A DNA stretch of 64,000 nucleotides, from assembly GCA_045628105.1 (NCBI GenBank), contig JAZQOX010000016.1, positions 2,419 to 66,418 on the forward strand, in the 5' to 3' direction. Source of the DNA: Clostridia bacterium. GTDB taxonomy: Bacteria; Bacillota; Clostridia; TANB77; CAG-508. Each line of letters starts with the position of its first letter. The first letter of the stretch is position 1. The translations under genes and the position numbers were made by a program. This document shows, one piece after another, positions 21,225 through 30,494 of this stretch. Below the pieces are notes generated by a model that was not told the origin of the DNA, searched no databases, and saw only the letters and a list, made by a program, of their open reading frames with translations.

Positions 21225-21392
21225 TTATTTTATGTGTTCATAGCTTCCACACATTGATTCATCTTCTGGATTTCCATTATTACAATTCTTGCAAGGTTCA
21301 ACAATAATACCATCTAACTCGCAAAGATGACGATTAGTATTATTAAAAGCACAACTATTAACATTACAATTTATTTTTTGATTTTTGTCCAT
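21225..21392 (-). CDS. Small Cys-rich protein, DUF1540-like (55 aa; not in ORF track because <60 aa)
   Basis: MDKNQKINCNVNSCAFNNTNRHLCELDGIIVEPCKNCNNGNPEDESMCGSYEHIK; RBS AAAGGAGG 7 nt before ATG; conserved Cys spacing typical of clostridial DUF1540 proteins. Confidence 0.55.
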   Translation of the reverse strand: MDKNQKINCNVNSCAFNNTNRHLCELDGIIVEPCKNCNNGNPEDESMCGSYEHIK

Positions 21393-21446
21393 AAATATCC
21401 TCCTTTTTTAAAAATCTCTTTTTATTATGGCTATTTTTTATAAAAA

Positions 21447-22163
21447 TTATTTTCCAATTTTTTCATTCAAAGTTTTATTTTTATCAATTTGTTTATTACA
21501 TTTCTCTTCAGATTTTTTAAAACTCAAATACCAACCAACACCATTATGCTTTTCTTGAATTTCGGAAACCCTTTCTTGTAAGCCCTTAAACGTAGTAGGA
21601 GAAGGATTAATAATAGGTTCTCCAGGAACCCAATTTGCCGGAATAGAAGCATTATTACAATCAGCAGTTTGAAGAGCCTCAACAACCCTAATTATTTCAG
21701 GAATCCACCTACCAACATTTAATGGATAAATAAATATTGTTCTAACAATGCCCTTGTCATCTATAATAAAAACATTGCGAACAGTTTCTGTTGTACTAAC
21801 AGTGCTAGAAATCATTCCATATTTTCTAGCAATTTCTCCACTTCTATCTGCAATAACAGGAAAAGGAACTTCAACATTAGTTTTTAGTAAAATATCATAA
21901 AGCCAAGCAAGATGAGAAGGATTACTATCAATGCTTAAACCAATTAATTGAGTATTTAAATTTTGAAAATATGTATTAGCTTTAGAAAAGGCTATAAATT
22001 CAGTAGTACATACGGGAGTGAAATCTCCAGGGTGAGAAAAGAGAACAACCCATTTTCCTTTATAATCATTTAAAGTTATTTTTCCTTGAGTTGAAATTGC
22101 TTCAAAATCGGGTGCATATTGACCAATTTTAACAATTCCATTCATCATAATTTCGTAATCCAT
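21447..22163 (-). CDS. Peroxiredoxin (1-Cys/Prx6-type, AhpC/TSA family)
   Basis: 238 aa; FSHPGDFTPVCTTE peroxidatic-Cys motif; RBS AGGAGG 7 nt upstream. Confidence 0.85.
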   Translation of the reverse strand: MDYEIMMNGIVKIGQYAPDFEAISTQGKITLNDYKGKWVVLFSHPGDFTPVCTTEFIAFSKANTYFQNLNTQLIGLSIDSNPSHLAWLYDILLKTNVEVPFPVIADRSGEIARKYGMISSTVSTTETVRNVFIIDDKGIVRTIFIYPLNVGRWIPEIIRVVEALQTADCNNASIPANWVPGEPIINPSPTTFKGLQERVSEIQEKHNGVGWYLSFKKSEEKCNKQIDKNKTLNEKIGK

Positions 22164-22282
22164 AAAAACCTCCTACACAATTTTTGTATATGTTATGCTT
22201 AAAGAATTTAAAGTGTGAAAAAAATTATAAAAAATGCAACTTTTTTGTAACTTATATGGTATTATAGGTGTAGGTGATAAAG

Positions 22283-22768
22283 ATGGTGTATTTTAACAAT
22301 AATCAGGGTATTGAAGAAACAATTAGAAACTACTCAAATATGGTGTATAGATTAGCTTTAGCAAGAACACGAAATATAGATATTGCAGAAGATGTATACC
22401 AGGATGTATTTTTAAGGCTAGCTAGAAAAAATCCAAAATTTGAAAATGAAGAACATGCAAAAGCATGGTTAATTAAAGTTACAATTAATTGTAGTAAAAA
22501 TATAATGAATTCAGGATTTGAAAAACATAGGGCAGAGCTTGAAGAAAATTTAAAATTTGAAACACCAGAAAGACATTCAATATATTATGCAATTTTAGAA
22601 TTACCAACAAAATATAGAACAGTAATACATCTTTACTACTACGAAGGGTACAGTATAAAAGAAATTAGCAAAATCTTAAAAAAGACAGAAAATACTGTTA
22701 AATCTCAATTATCTAGAGCAAGAATGAAACTAGAAAAAATAATAAAAGGAGGTTTGGGAGATGAGTAA
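22283..22768 (+). CDS. ECF-type RNA polymerase sigma factor (sigma-70 regions 2 and 4)
   Basis: VYRLALARTRNIDIAEDVYQDVFLRL (region 2) and YSIKEISKILKKTENTVKSQLSRAR (region 4 helix-turn-helix); stop overlaps start of downstream gene. Confidence 0.8.
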   Translation: MVYFNNNQGIEETIRNYSNMVYRLALARTRNIDIAEDVYQDVFLRLARKNPKFENEEHAKAWLIKVTINCSKNIMNSGFEKHRAELEENLKFETPERHSIYYAILELPTKYRTVIHLYYYEGYSIKEISKILKKTENTVKSQLSRARMKLEKIIKGGLGDE

Positions 22769-24692
22769 AAAAGATTATATTGATGCAGTAAATGAAATAG
22801 AAGTTAGAAAAGGTTTAGAAAATGAGGTTATAAAAAAAGCAAAAGAAGGAAAAGGTAAAAGAAAATATAATATAATTTATCCAATATCAAGCTTAATAGT
22901 GATGTGTGCAGTTGTTTTGTCTGTACTAATAATTCCTAAAAAAACAATAGAAAAAAAACCGGAAGATATCAATCAAAATGCACAAAAACTGGAAACAGTT
23001 GGAGAATTTGAAAATTTATATGCTTTATTAAAAGAAAAAAGTGTATATACTAATAACGGATATATTTTAGATGACTTTGTAAAGAGCACAGAGACCAATG
23101 AAGAAAAAGGAAAAACAGATTATTCAAAAACAAATATTCAAGTAGAAGGTGTAGATGAGGCAGATATAGTAAAAACAGATGGCAAATATATATATTACCT
23201 AGCAAATAACGAAATATCAATAATTGAAGCAAAAACGATGGAACTTGCAGGCAAAATAGAATTAGAAAAAATGTATAAAGGAATCGAAGTATTTTTAAAA
23301 GGGGATAAAATTGTAGTTATTGCGACAATTTATAAATATAACAATGAAAAAACTGAAGATTACTTATATTACTATAGCAATCAATATACAACAGCATTTG
23401 TTTATAACGTAGAAAATAAAAAAGACATAAAATTAGAAAGAACTGTTGAAATAGAAGGAAATTACTTGAATTCAAGAATGATAGGAGGGCAAGTATATTT
23501 ACTATCAAATAAATATATTAACTCGTATCTATGCTCACAATATAACATAGAAGAACTAAAAGAGGAAGAATTTAAACCTAAATATATAGATAGTGCAATA
23601 AGTAATGAGATACAAAACATAAACTTTGATTGTATATATTATATGCCAGATTTTGAAGAAACAACATATTTAAATATTGCAGCATTTAATATAGAAAATA
23701 ATGAAAAAGCACAAATTGATAGCTACCTTGGTGCAGGAGATGATATTTATGCATCAAATACAAATTTATATGTTGCAAATTCAAAACACAAATATAGTGA
23801 GTTATTGGGAAGTTACACAGAAACAACAGAAATATTTAAGTTTTCATTAAAAGATGGTAAATGTGAATTTATAAAATCAGGTGAAGTTCCAGGTACTGTT
23901 TTAAACCAATTTTCAATGGATGAAAATAACGGATATTTCAGAATAGCAACAACAGATAATTCATATTGGATTAGTGATAATAAAACAAACAATATATATG
24001 TTTTAAATAACGACCTAGAAATCGTAGGAAAAGTAGAAGATTTAGCAAAAGGAGAAAGAATATATTCAGTTAGATTTATAGGAAACAGAGCATATATGGT
24101 AACATTTGTGCAAACAGATCCACTATTTGTAATAGATTTATCAGAACCAACAAATCCAAAAGTATTAGGAGAACTTAAGATACCAGGGTTTAGCACATAT
24201 TTACATCCATACGATGAAACACATCTAATTGGTTTTGGGCAAAATACAGAAGTGGTAAATTATGGATATGGAGATGTAGTAACAACAGCAGGAATGAAAA
24301 TGGCATTATTTGATGTAACAGATCCAGAAAATCCTAAAGAAATGTATAAAATAGATATAGGAGAAAAAGGAACATACTCATCACTTTTAAATAACCATAA
24401 AGCATTACTTTTCTCTAAAGAAAAAAATATTATAGCTTTTCCAATAAGCATTACAGAAAATAATTACAAAGTAACATTTCAAGGAGCAATAGTATATGGA
24501 CTTGATTTAGAAAAAGGATTTGAAGAAAAAGGCAGAATAACACACTACAAACAAGATATAGACAAATACTATTATAACAACGGAGTCGAAAGAATAATAT
24601 ATATAAACGACAATTTATATACATTATCAAGAAACCAAGTAAAATCAACAAATATGCAAACGATGGAAGAAACAGGAAAACTAGGATTATAA
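22761..24692 (+). CDS. Putative anti-sigma factor with single TM and large extracytoplasmic beta-propeller-like domain (643 aa)
   Basis: ATG overlaps sigma stop (GATGAGTAA); short cytoplasmic N-term, one TM helix (IIYPISSLIVMCAVVLSVLIIP), ~570-aa extracellular domain rich in Tyr/Asn/Gly turns. Confidence 0.55.
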   Translation: MSKKDYIDAVNEIEVRKGLENEVIKKAKEGKGKRKYNIIYPISSLIVMCAVVLSVLIIPKKTIEKKPEDINQNAQKLETVGEFENLYALLKEKSVYTNNGYILDDFVKSTETNEEKGKTDYSKTNIQVEGVDEADIVKTDGKYIYYLANNEISIIEAKTMELAGKIELEKMYKGIEVFLKGDKIVVIATIYKYNNEKTEDYLYYYSNQYTTAFVYNVENKKDIKLERTVEIEGNYLNSRMIGGQVYLLSNKYINSYLCSQYNIEELKEEEFKPKYIDSAISNEIQNINFDCIYYMPDFEETTYLNIAAFNIENNEKAQIDSYLGAGDDIYASNTNLYVANSKHKYSELLGSYTETTEIFKFSLKDGKCEFIKSGEVPGTVLNQFSMDENNGYFRIATTDNSYWISDNKTNNIYVLNNDLEIVGKVEDLAKGERIYSVRFIGNRAYMVTFVQTDPLFVIDLSEPTNPKVLGELKIPGFSTYLHPYDETHLIGFGQNTEVVNYGYGDVVTTAGMKMALFDVTDPENPKEMYKIDIGEKGTYSSLLNNHKALLFSKEKNIIAFPISITENNYKVTFQGAIVYGLDLEKGFEEKGRITHYKQDIDKYYYNNGVERIIYINDNLYTLSRNQVKSTNMQTMEETGKLGL

Positions 24693-24696
24693 AAAA

Positions 24697-24729
24697 TGTG
24701 CCAATTAGGGACAGTCCCCAATTGGCACA
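24697..24729. repeat. Palindromic intergenic repeat (TGTGCCAATT-AGGGACAGTCCCC-AATTGGCACA)
   Basis: 10-bp outer stem plus inner GGGAC-A-GTCCC palindrome immediately after the anti-sigma stop. Confidence 0.7.
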
Positions 24730-24814
24730 TTTTTAATTTTTGGGCTATTGACTTTTAAACTGTTTCGATATATACTGTGAAGCAATGAAAGAATATAAGG
24801 AGGTTTTAATTAAA

Positions 24815-25393
24815 ATGAACGATTTAATTGAAATTAGATGGCATGGACGTGGTGGACAGGGAGCAAAAACAGCTTCATTATTACTTGCAGATGCTGCATT
24901 TAATACTGGAAAATATATTCAAGGTTTCCCTGAATACGGACCAGAAAGAATGGGAGCACCAATAACAGCTTATAACAGAATTAGTACAAAACCAATAACA
25001 ATTCATAGTAATATATATGAGCCAGATTATGTAGTAGTTGTTGATGATAGTTTATTAGAATGTGTAGATGTTACAGCAGGATTAAAGGAAACTGGAGCAA
25101 TTGTAATAAATACTACAAAAGATGGTGAATATTTAAGAGAACATTTAAAAGGATATAAAGGAGAAATATATAAAATAGATGCAAGAAAAATATCTGTTGA
25201 AGCACTAGGAAAATATTTCCCAAATACACCAATGCTTGCAGCGATTGTTAAAGTAAGCCAAGTTATGACTGATGAAGCTTTTTTAAAAGATATGGAAGGA
25301 TCATTTAAACATAAATTTGCTAAAAAACCAGAAGTTATAGAAGGAAATATGAAAGCTATTGAAATGGCATTAAAGGAGGTAGAAAAAATATGA
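24815..25393 (+). CDS. porG: 2-oxoacid:ferredoxin oxidoreductase gamma subunit
   Basis: IEIRWHGRGGQGAKTASLLLA motif; RBS AAGGAGG; promoter TTGACT-17-TATACT at 24743-24771. Confidence 0.8.
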   Translation: MNDLIEIRWHGRGGQGAKTASLLLADAAFNTGKYIQGFPEYGPERMGAPITAYNRISTKPITIHSNIYEPDYVVVVDDSLLECVDVTAGLKETGAIVINTTKDGEYLREHLKGYKGEIYKIDARKISVEALGKYFPNTPMLAAIVKVSQVMTDEAFLKDMEGSFKHKFAKKPEVIEGNMKAIEMALKEVEKI

Positions 25394-25674
25394 CAGATAT
25401 AAATGCTAAAACACCTATGGATCAATTAACAGAAGGTGGAACAATTTATACAGCAGGAAATGCAAGAGAATTTAAAACAGGAGATTGGAGAAGCACAAAA
25501 CCTATATTTTTAAGCGATAAATGTAAACAATGCGGATTATGTTTCCCAGTATGTCCAGATGATGCTATACCAGTAAATAAAGAACAAAAAAGAGAAGATT
25601 TTGATTATAACTACTGCAAAGGATGCGGCGTATGTGCTAAAGTTTGTCCTTTCGGTGCAATAACAATGGAATAA
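25390..25674 (+). CDS. porD: 2-oxoacid:ferredoxin oxidoreductase delta subunit (2x[4Fe-4S] ferredoxin)
   Basis: Two CxxCxxCxxxCP motifs (CKQCGLCFPVCP, CKGCGVCAKVCP); start overlaps porG stop. Confidence 0.8.
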   Translation: MTDINAKTPMDQLTEGGTIYTAGNAREFKTGDWRSTKPIFLSDKCKQCGLCFPVCPDDAIPVNKEQKREDFDYNYCKGCGVCAKVCPFGAITME

Positions 25675-25711
25675 AAATGAATATAAAAAATTTAAAAAGG
25701 AGAGATAAAAA

Positions 25712-26899
25712 ATGTCAATTAGAGAACGTTTAAGTGGTAACGAAGCGGTAGCAACAGCCATGAAACAAATAAACCCAGATGTTGTTGCAGCATTTCCCAT
25801 AACACCATCAACAGAAATACCACAATATTTTTCAACATTTGTTAGTAACGGAACTGTAGATACAGAATTTGTTGCAGTAGAAAGTGAACACAGTGCAATG
25901 AGTGCATGCATTGGTGCAGAAGCAGCAGGATCCAGAGCTATGACAGCTACATCTGCAAATGGATTATCTTTAATGTGGGAGATGATTTATATTGCATCAA
26001 GCTTGAGATTACCAATAGTAATGTCACTTGTAAATAGAGCAGTATCAGGACCTTTAAATATCCACAATGATCATTCAGATGCAATGGGAGTAAGGGATAG
26101 CGGATGGGTAATGCTATTTTCAGAAAATAATCAAGAAGCATATGATAACATGCTTATGGCACATAAAATAGCTGAAAATTCAAAAGTCAGATTACCTTTA
26201 ATGGTATGCCAAGATGGATTCATAACATCTCATTCAATTGAAAACATTGAATTAGAAGAAGATGAATTAGTTAAAAATTTTGTAGGAACATATAAGCCAG
26301 AACATTATTTATTAAATGATAAAGAACCAATAGCTGTTGGACCTTTAGATTTACAAGCATACTTATTTGAACATAAAACTCAACAAGCAGAAGCCATGAA
26401 AAATGCAAAAAAAGTAATTCTAGAAGTTGCGGAAGAATTTGAAAAATTAACAGGTAGAAAATATAGCTTCTTCGAAGAATATAGAATGGAAGATGCAGAA
26501 TATGTAATCGTTTGTATGAATTCAACAGCAGGAACAGCTAAATATACTGCAGATAAATTAAGAGAAGAAGGAATTAAAGCAGGTGTACTTAAAATAAGAG
26601 TATTTAGACCATTCCCAGCAGAAGAAATTGCAAAAGCTTTATCAAAAGCAAAAGCAGTTGCTGTATTAGATAAAGCAGATGGATTAAATGCAGTTGGTGG
26701 GCCATTATTTACAGATATTACATCAGCAATGTATGTAAACAATGTAACAGTTCCAACAGTAAACTATATATATGGTATAGGTGGAAGAGATACAAAATCA
26801 GATGATATTGAAGAAGTATATAATGATTTAGCAGAAGTTGCAAAATCAGGAAAAGCTGAAAATCCATATAGATATTTAGGATTAAGGAGGGATAAATAA
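25712..26899 (+). CDS. porA: 2-oxoacid:ferredoxin oxidoreductase alpha subunit
   Basis: 395 aa; PFOR domain I/II-like sequence; RBS AAAGGAGAG. Confidence 0.8.
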   Translation: MSIRERLSGNEAVATAMKQINPDVVAAFPITPSTEIPQYFSTFVSNGTVDTEFVAVESEHSAMSACIGAEAAGSRAMTATSANGLSLMWEMIYIASSLRLPIVMSLVNRAVSGPLNIHNDHSDAMGVRDSGWVMLFSENNQEAYDNMLMAHKIAENSKVRLPLMVCQDGFITSHSIENIELEEDELVKNFVGTYKPEHYLLNDKEPIAVGPLDLQAYLFEHKTQQAEAMKNAKKVILEVAEEFEKLTGRKYSFFEEYRMEDAEYVIVCMNSTAGTAKYTADKLREEGIKAGVLKIRVFRPFPAEEIAKALSKAKAVAVLDKADGLNAVGGPLFTDITSAMYVNNVTVPTVNYIYGIGGRDTKSDDIEEVYNDLAEVAKSGKAENPYRYLGLRRDK

Positions 26900-27852
26900 T
26901 GGCATACAATTTAAAAGAAGTAATAGCAAATAAACCAGCAAGATTCACAGCAGGACATAGAATGTGTGCAGGATGCGGAGCACCAGTAGTAGGTAGAATG
27001 GTTTTAAGAGCATTAAAAAATGAAGACCATGCAGTAATTTGTAATGCAACAGGTTGTATGGAAGTTTCAACATTTATATATCCATACTCAGCTTGGACAG
27101 ACTCATTTATTCATACAGCATTTGAATGTGCAGGAGCAACACTATCAGGAGTTGAAGCAGCATATAATTCTTTAAAAAAACAAGGTAAATTACCAGAAGG
27201 AAAAGATACAAAATTCATAGCATTTGGTGGAGATGGAGGAACATACGATATAGGACTTCAAAGCTTATCAGGTGCAATGGAAAGAGGACATGATATGGTA
27301 TATGTATGCTATGATAATGGAGCATACATGAATACAGGTATTCAACGTTCATCTGCAACACCAAAATTTGCAGATACAACAACATCACCAGCTGGAAAAG
27401 TAATACCAGGGAAAATGCAATCTAGAAAAGATTTAGCACAAGTTATGGCAGCACATCACTTACCATATGTTGCACAAACTGCAGCAGTTGGAAACTTTAA
27501 AGATTTATATGAAAAATCTGAAAAAGCAATATACACAGAAGGAGCATGCTTCTTAAATGTACTTGCACCATGTCCAAGAGGATGGGGATATGCAACGGAA
27601 GATTTAATGCAAATGAACAAATTAGCTGTTGAAACATGTTATTGGCCATTATACGAAGTAATAAATGGAAAATATATTATAAACTATAAACCAGCTAATA
27701 AACTTCCAATAGAAGAATTTTTAAGACCACAAAAAAGATTTAAACATATGTTTAAACCAGGAAACGAATGGATGATAGAAGAATTCCAAAAAGAAGTGGA
27801 TAAGAGATGGGAAGAACTTTTAAGATTAGAAGAAGCAACAAATAAAGAATAA
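26899..27852 (+). CDS. porB: 2-oxoacid:ferredoxin oxidoreductase beta subunit (TPP-binding)
   Basis: 317 aa; GDG-x-n-N TPP-binding motif (FGGDGGTYDIG...CYDNGAYMNTG), Cys cluster; translational coupling (TAATGG). Confidence 0.8.
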   Translation: MAYNLKEVIANKPARFTAGHRMCAGCGAPVVGRMVLRALKNEDHAVICNATGCMEVSTFIYPYSAWTDSFIHTAFECAGATLSGVEAAYNSLKKQGKLPEGKDTKFIAFGGDGGTYDIGLQSLSGAMERGHDMVYVCYDNGAYMNTGIQRSSATPKFADTTTSPAGKVIPGKMQSRKDLAQVMAAHHLPYVAQTAAVGNFKDLYEKSEKAIYTEGACFLNVLAPCPRGWGYATEDLMQMNKLAVETCYWPLYEVINGKYIINYKPANKLPIEEFLRPQKRFKHMFKPGNEWMIEEFQKEVDKRWEELLRLEEATNKE

Positions 27853-27882
27853 TAAAAAAAGAAAGATAAACCTTTAATAGGT

Positions 27883-28107
27883 TTATCTTTCAAATGCTTC
27901 TTGAATAGCAAATTGAATTGCTTCATAATTTCTTGTCTTTTCACGGATAGCAGGTTTAGTTATGTCTACAGCATAAGACTTTCTAAAAGCTTCACGTGTT
28001 AAGCCCCAAGTTTCAGCAATAGCTTCCTCAGCAATAGCTGTAGTATCAGCAACATTTTTTTTGTTATCTATAGTTTTTCCCATAAAATCAACTCCTAAAA
28101 AAATCAT
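27883..28107 (-). CDS. Small hypothetical protein (74 aa)
   Basis: Complete ORF convergent with por operon, shares bidirectional terminator at 27862-27892. Confidence 0.4.
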   Translation of the reverse strand: MIFLGVDFMGKTIDNKKNVADTTAIAEEAIAETWGLTREAFRKSYAVDITKPAIREKTRNYEAIQFAIQEAFER

Positions 28108-28285
28108 CTTTTTTATTATAACATAGAATTAACATAATGTCAAAAATTGGAGATAGAGGGAAATAAAAGAAAAAAATGAAATGTTAAATGGCATAAAAAA
28201 TAACAAAAAAGTATTGACTTTTTGTATTAAATATAGTATAAATATAAATATATAATCAAATAATAAATAGTAAGGAGTAATGGAT

Positions 28286-28588
28286 ATGAATCTAAAGAAA
28301 ATTGAATTAATAGTAGTTGCTTTATTAGTTGTTATATTTTTAGCAGTTGGAACAAGTTTTGTATTTGCTGCAGATGTACCTTTTTCATTTGATGCAACTG
28401 GAAATAGTGCTAATGCCGCAAACAATTCAGCAAATGAATTAATACCAACAAATTCAAACAAAACAAATACTTCTAAAGATGTAGTTCCAAATACAGGTTT
28501 AGAAGATTTACCTTGGGTTGTTATTGGAATAGTTGCTTTATCAGCAGTATTTGCATACAAAAAAATCAAGGAATATAACATTGATTAA
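28286..28588 (+). CDS. Small secreted cell-wall-anchored protein (signal peptide, low-complexity Asn/Ser/Ala region, C-terminal VPNTG sortase-like motif + TM + KKIK tail)
   Basis: N-terminal hydrophobic signal with AXA-like site (VFAADV). C-terminal PNTG followed by LEDLPWVVIGIVALSAVFAY and basic tail: classic sorting-signal architecture. Promoter TTGACT-17-TATAAA upstream. Confidence 0.6.
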   Translation: MNLKKIELIVVALLVVIFLAVGTSFVFAADVPFSFDATGNSANAANNSANELIPTNSNKTNTSKDVVPNTGLEDLPWVVIGIVALSAVFAYKKIKEYNID

Positions 28589-28634
28589 TTTTAAATTAGA
28601 TAGGTTGAAAAACCTATCTTTTTTTATGCGAATT

Positions 28635-29635
28635 TTATAAAATTAAGTATGTGTAAAAAGCTGCAAAAAATGCCTGTAATAATTTTCCAACGAAGTATGG
28701 CTTAATTGATATTTTAGATTTAGATGTTATACTAAGAACTTGTAAAAGTACAGAAATACCACCAAAACCCAAAATAAATGAGCATAAAATAATTTGAAGT
28801 CGAATACTTAAATTTTGTAAATTGCAAATATATGAAAGACCATTTGTAACTTCAATAAAACCAGTTATTATAGTTGCAGATAAAAAATTAGGAATACCAA
28901 AAATACTAAAAATATTTGCTGTAATTTGGATAATTTTACTAGTTTGCAATATAGAAATTATGATTGAAGATAGTACTACAAATCCGCCAATAACTAAAAT
29001 TGTGTTAATTGAAGTAGTAATACTTTTGGAAATGATTTCTCCAAGATTTGAAATTGATAAATTTGTATCTAAAGAATATTCAGTACTTCTTAGATTTTTT
29101 TCTTTATTTTTTCCCCACCATCTAAAAAGAAAGCCAACAGTAAGTGAGCTTAAAATGTGTGTAATAAAAAGAATAAATCCAACAGAAGGACTAAAAAATA
29201 ATCCGAACGCCAACTGTACCAATAATAAATAGTGGTCCAGAGTTGTTTGTAAAAGCTATAAGTCTTTCTGCTTCTAAACTAGTACATAAATGATTTTCTT
29301 TTAAGGTTGAAACAATTTTTGCACCGACAGGATAACCACTAACAATGCCCATTAAAAGTGCAAAAGCACCTTCACCAGGTACATTAAAAATAGGACGCAT
29401 AAATTTATTTAGGAGTTTTCCAAACATTGCAACAATGTTAGTATAACTTAAAAGTTCAGTTGCAATAAAAAATGGAAGAAGAGAAGGAAGTACAGAATTA
29501 GACCATAATAAAAGACCGAGATTTTGCGGCAGATAAATTACTTTTAGAAAATATAAGTAATGAAAATATAAAAAGACAAATGCATATAGGCAAAAACAAA
29601 GATTTTAGTTTTAGAATAAAAATTTTAAAATTCAT
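28635..29635 (-). pseudogene. ylbJ-like sporulation integral membrane protein (nucleoside-recognition/Gate domains) interrupted by two frameshifts
   Basis: Three consecutive minus-strand reading frames (29635-29502 region MNFKIFILKL.., 29427-29191 MFGKLLNKFMRPIFNVPGEG.., 29222-28635) together reconstruct one YlbJ-like membrane protein. The frame breaks lie near 29515-29525 and at the A6 run 29195-29200. Confidence 0.6.
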
Positions 29636-29705
29636 ACAAGCTCCTTTTTGTAGATGTATATTACAAAAAGGGAATAAATATGCAAAAACAAATCTTAGAA
29701 ATTAA

Positions 29706-30425
29706 TTAAATTTCCAAAATTTGTTTAGCTCTTTGTATATCTTCCGAAGTTGCCACATGAACGTCCTTTAGAGGGTAATCAAAACCCAAGTTTTCCCATT
29801 TGTAGACTCCAATATTATGGTATGGGTTAAGTTCAACTTTTTCAACAGTTTTTAAAGACTGAATAAAGTTTTTAAGTTCAACTAAATCTTGCTCATCATC
29901 GGTAATTCCAGGAATAAGAACTTGTCTTATCCAAATTGGAATATTGTTATCACTTAAGTATTTAGCAAATTCTAATTCTAATTTGTTAGAAAAACCAACT
30001 AAATTCTTACATTTTTCATCATTAATATGTTTTATATCTAATAGAACTAAATCTGTATATTTTAAAACTTCTTTAATTTCATCAGTAAGAGGGAACATAC
30101 CAGATGTATCTAATGCTGTATGTATTCCTAATTCGTGAAGTTCTTTAAAAAGGCTAATTAAAAATTTAGGTTGAAGCAGAGGCTCACCACCTGTAACAGT
30201 AATACCACCTTTTGAGAATTTAATATATTCTTCATATTTAGAAATTTTTTCCAATAGTTCAGAAACAGAAGTAGGTGTTCCAGAAGATGTATCCCATGTA
30301 TCTCTATTATGGCAGTACTTACATTTAAGAGCACAACCTTGCATAAAAACTACAAATCTTATACCAGGTCCATCAAGAGTTCCAAAAGTTTCTATTGAAT
30401 GAATTCTTCCTTTTAAATCTTCCAT
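29706..30425 (-). CDS. pflA: Pyruvate formate-lyase activating enzyme (radical SAM)
   Basis: MEDLKGRIHSIETFGTLDGPGIRFVVFMQGCALKCKYCHNRDTW: canonical PflA N-terminus with CxxxCxxC. Confidence 0.9.
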   Translation of the reverse strand: MEDLKGRIHSIETFGTLDGPGIRFVVFMQGCALKCKYCHNRDTWDTSSGTPTSVSELLEKISKYEEYIKFSKGGITVTGGEPLLQPKFLISLFKELHELGIHTALDTSGMFPLTDEIKEVLKYTDLVLLDIKHINDEKCKNLVGFSNKLELEFAKYLSDNNIPIWIRQVLIPGITDDEQDLVELKNFIQSLKTVEKVELNPYHNIGVYKWENLGFDYPLKDVHVATSEDIQRAKQILEI

Positions 30426-30494
30426 AAGTTTCTCCTTAATAAAAAAGTATAAGTTAGAGCAGGGAAGACCCAAACTCTAACTGGATTTTAAAAA

